Positions 62,386 to 64,000 of a stretch of DNA of 64,000 nt are shown piece by piece. The notes beneath the pieces were generated by a model that worked only from the letters and a program-made list of their open reading frames with translations, ran no database searches and was not told the origin of the DNA. The DNA comes from Aquiluna sp. Its GTDB lineage: Bacteria; Actinomycetota; Actinomycetes; Actinomycetales; Microbacteriaceae. Each line of letters opens with the position of its first letter. Position 1 is the first letter of the stretch. The position numbers were made by a program, and so were the translations under genes. The stretch covers positions 6,051-70,050 of the forward strand of contig JBMLPC010000052.1 in the NCBI GenBank assembly GCA_049242305.1. The letters run 5' to 3'.

Positions 62386-63585
62386 CTAGAGCAGCAGTTG
62401 CTGCAGCCGAGAGCCAACCGCCTGAGTCTCGATTAAGAACCCGTCGTGACCAAACTCACTCTGAATAACTTGCAGCTGTCCACCGATGAGTGGACCACTA
62501 ATTGAATCGGCAATCAGCTGCTGACCGCTGAGCGGGAACAAGCGGTCATTCTCAATACCCAACACTAAAGTTGGGCACTTTATTTGATGCAGTGCCGAGA
62601 CAACAGACTCCCTGCCTCGGCCCACATCGTGAGAGTTCATAGCGCTTACCAAGCTGATATAGCTGTTGGCATCGAATCTGCGAACAAACTTGTTGCCGTG
62701 AAAATCTAGATAGCTTTCAACCGCATATTTTCCTTGTTCGGTAATTGGACTGACCTGGGATTGCCAAGTTCTTCCAAAGCGCTCATTTAGTTCTTGCGGC
62801 GATCGATAGTTCAAAAGCGCCATTCGTCTGGCCAAAGCTAAGCCTCGATGCGGACCAAAACCAGGCTTGGCGTCGTAATACCAACCACCCGCAAAGTTTT
62901 CATCTGACCTGATGGCCTCAAGTTGAACAGTGTTTAGTGCAATCTGATCTGCAGTGGAGTAAGGAGGTGCGGCCAATATCCCTAGCCGCGTGATGCGCTC
63001 AGGGTATTCAATAGCTAACTCCAGCGCATGCATGCCAGCCATTGAGCCGCCAATCACGACATACTTTTCAATGCCCAGTTGCTGCATCAGAATTGCAAAT
63101 GCCTGAGCTTGATCGCGAATTGTCAGCTGCGGAAAGTTAGCCCCCCATTCGCGTCCCTTTGGATCGAGCGAACTGGGCCCGGTTGAGCCCTGACAGCCAC
63201 CTAAAACATTTGGGGTTATCACAAAGAAGCGATTGGTATCTATGTATAGATCGGGACCAATTACCCCGTTCCACCAACCCGCGGTTGGGTGTCCTTCACC
63301 TGAATTTCCAATTGTGTGGCTGTCACCGGTTAGCGCATGCAGAACCAAAACCGCATTGTCTTTTTTGGCGGTCAGCTCACCCCAACTTTCATAGGCAAGC
63401 TTTGCAGATTGGATTTGCTTGCCCGATTCAAGAGTTATTGAAAAAGGTTCTGAAAACTTTCTGTTGCCAATCGGATCGCCAGCTAACCAAGCACCGGTAG
63501 CGGGAGGTCTTCCGACTAACTGACGACGCTGCTCCTCGGAAATGAATTCCGAGGGAGCAGAGTCTTCAGATATCTGAAAGTCCAT
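62386..63585 (-). CDS. metX: Homoserine O-acetyltransferase
   Basis: HALTGD, NVLGGCQGSTGP, GGSMAG, GHDGFL. Confidence 0.95.
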   Translation of the reverse strand: MDFQISEDSAPSEFISEEQRRQLVGRPPATGAWLAGDPIGNRKFSEPFSITLESGKQIQSAKLAYESWGELTAKKDNAVLVLHALTGDSHTIGNSGEGHPTAGWWNGVIGPDLYIDTNRFFVITPNVLGGCQGSTGPSSLDPKGREWGANFPQLTIRDQAQAFAILMQQLGIEKYVVIGGSMAGMHALELAIEYPERITRLGILAAPPYSTADQIALNTVQLEAIRSDENFAGGWYYDAKPGFGPHRGLALARRMALLNYRSPQELNERFGRTWQSQVSPITEQGKYAVESYLDFHGNKFVRRFDANSYISLVSAMNSHDVGRGRESVVSALHQIKCPTLVLGIENDRLFPLSGQQLIADSISGPLIGGQLQVIQSEFGHDGFLIETQAVGSRLQQLLL

Positions 63586-64000
63586 TTACTTTGCGGCGGC
63601 AAAACCCTTCTGCAAATCGGCGATGATGTCGTCGTAGGTCTCAAGCCCAACCGATAGACGAACTAATCCCGGCGTTACACCGGTCGTTAGCTGGTCAGCT
63701 TCGCTGAGCTGAGAGTGGGTGGTGGAAGCCGGGTGGATAACCAGTGATCTAACATCACCAATGTTTGCCACGTGGCTGTGCAGCTCCAGGGCATCCACAA
63801 ACTTAATTCCAGCTTCAACTCCGCCAACAATTTCAAAAGACAGGACTGCTCCTGCACCCTTTGGTGCATAGGTCTTCTGGGCTTGGTGGTAGGGGGAGCT
63901 GGCAAGACCTGCGTAGTTCACCTTACTTACCTGAGGGTGTGCCTCGAGCCACTGCGCAACCTTGTTCGCGTTCTCAACGTGACGCTCAATGCGCAGGCTT
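63586..64000 (-). CDS. metY: O-acetylhomoserine aminocarboxypropyltransferase, 3' part (5'-truncated)
   Basis: ANIGDVRSLVIHPASTTHSQL, RLSVGLE; directly upstream of metX. Confidence 0.93.
   Translation of the reverse strand, partial: SLRIERHVENANKVAQWLEAHPQVSKVNYAGLASSPYHQAQKTYAPKGAGAVLSFEIVGGVEAGIKFVDALELHSHVANIGDVRSLVIHPASTTHSQLSEADQLTTGVTPGLVRLSVGLETYDDIIADLQKGFAAAK

Overview
This window is core chromosome from a streamlined actinobacterium of roughly 50% GC. Gene content and order (metG-tatD-rsmA-ispE-ABC-F-tRNA-Gln-glmU-prs-rplY-pth-mfd-mazG-hisS-eno-ftsB, greA-phoH2-fumC-xseAB-ispH-fbaA-ychF, aroA-sigH/rsrA-kgd, metX-metY) suggest Microbacteriaceae, probably a freshwater Luna-type lineage (inference). 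It holds about 68 CDS and 2 tRNAs. I see no mobile element, prophage, CRISPR array or defence island, and no large novel multi-gene system. The best leads are small. They are: a stand-alone histone-H1-like K/A repeat protein (net charge about +62); a two-state RNA leader that hides the rplY (bL25) RBS; a cytochrome-b5 lipoprotein with Met-rich repeats behind an ECF-type promoter; a terminator hairpin at the 5' end of greA; a 12-codon uORF coupled to a CorC/HlyC transporter pair; and a pervasive leaderless promoter layout in which stop codons double as -10 boxes. Product calls come from motif recognition and synteny only; no database searches were run. Some starts differ from the ORF track where an RBS or -10 box supports another codon.
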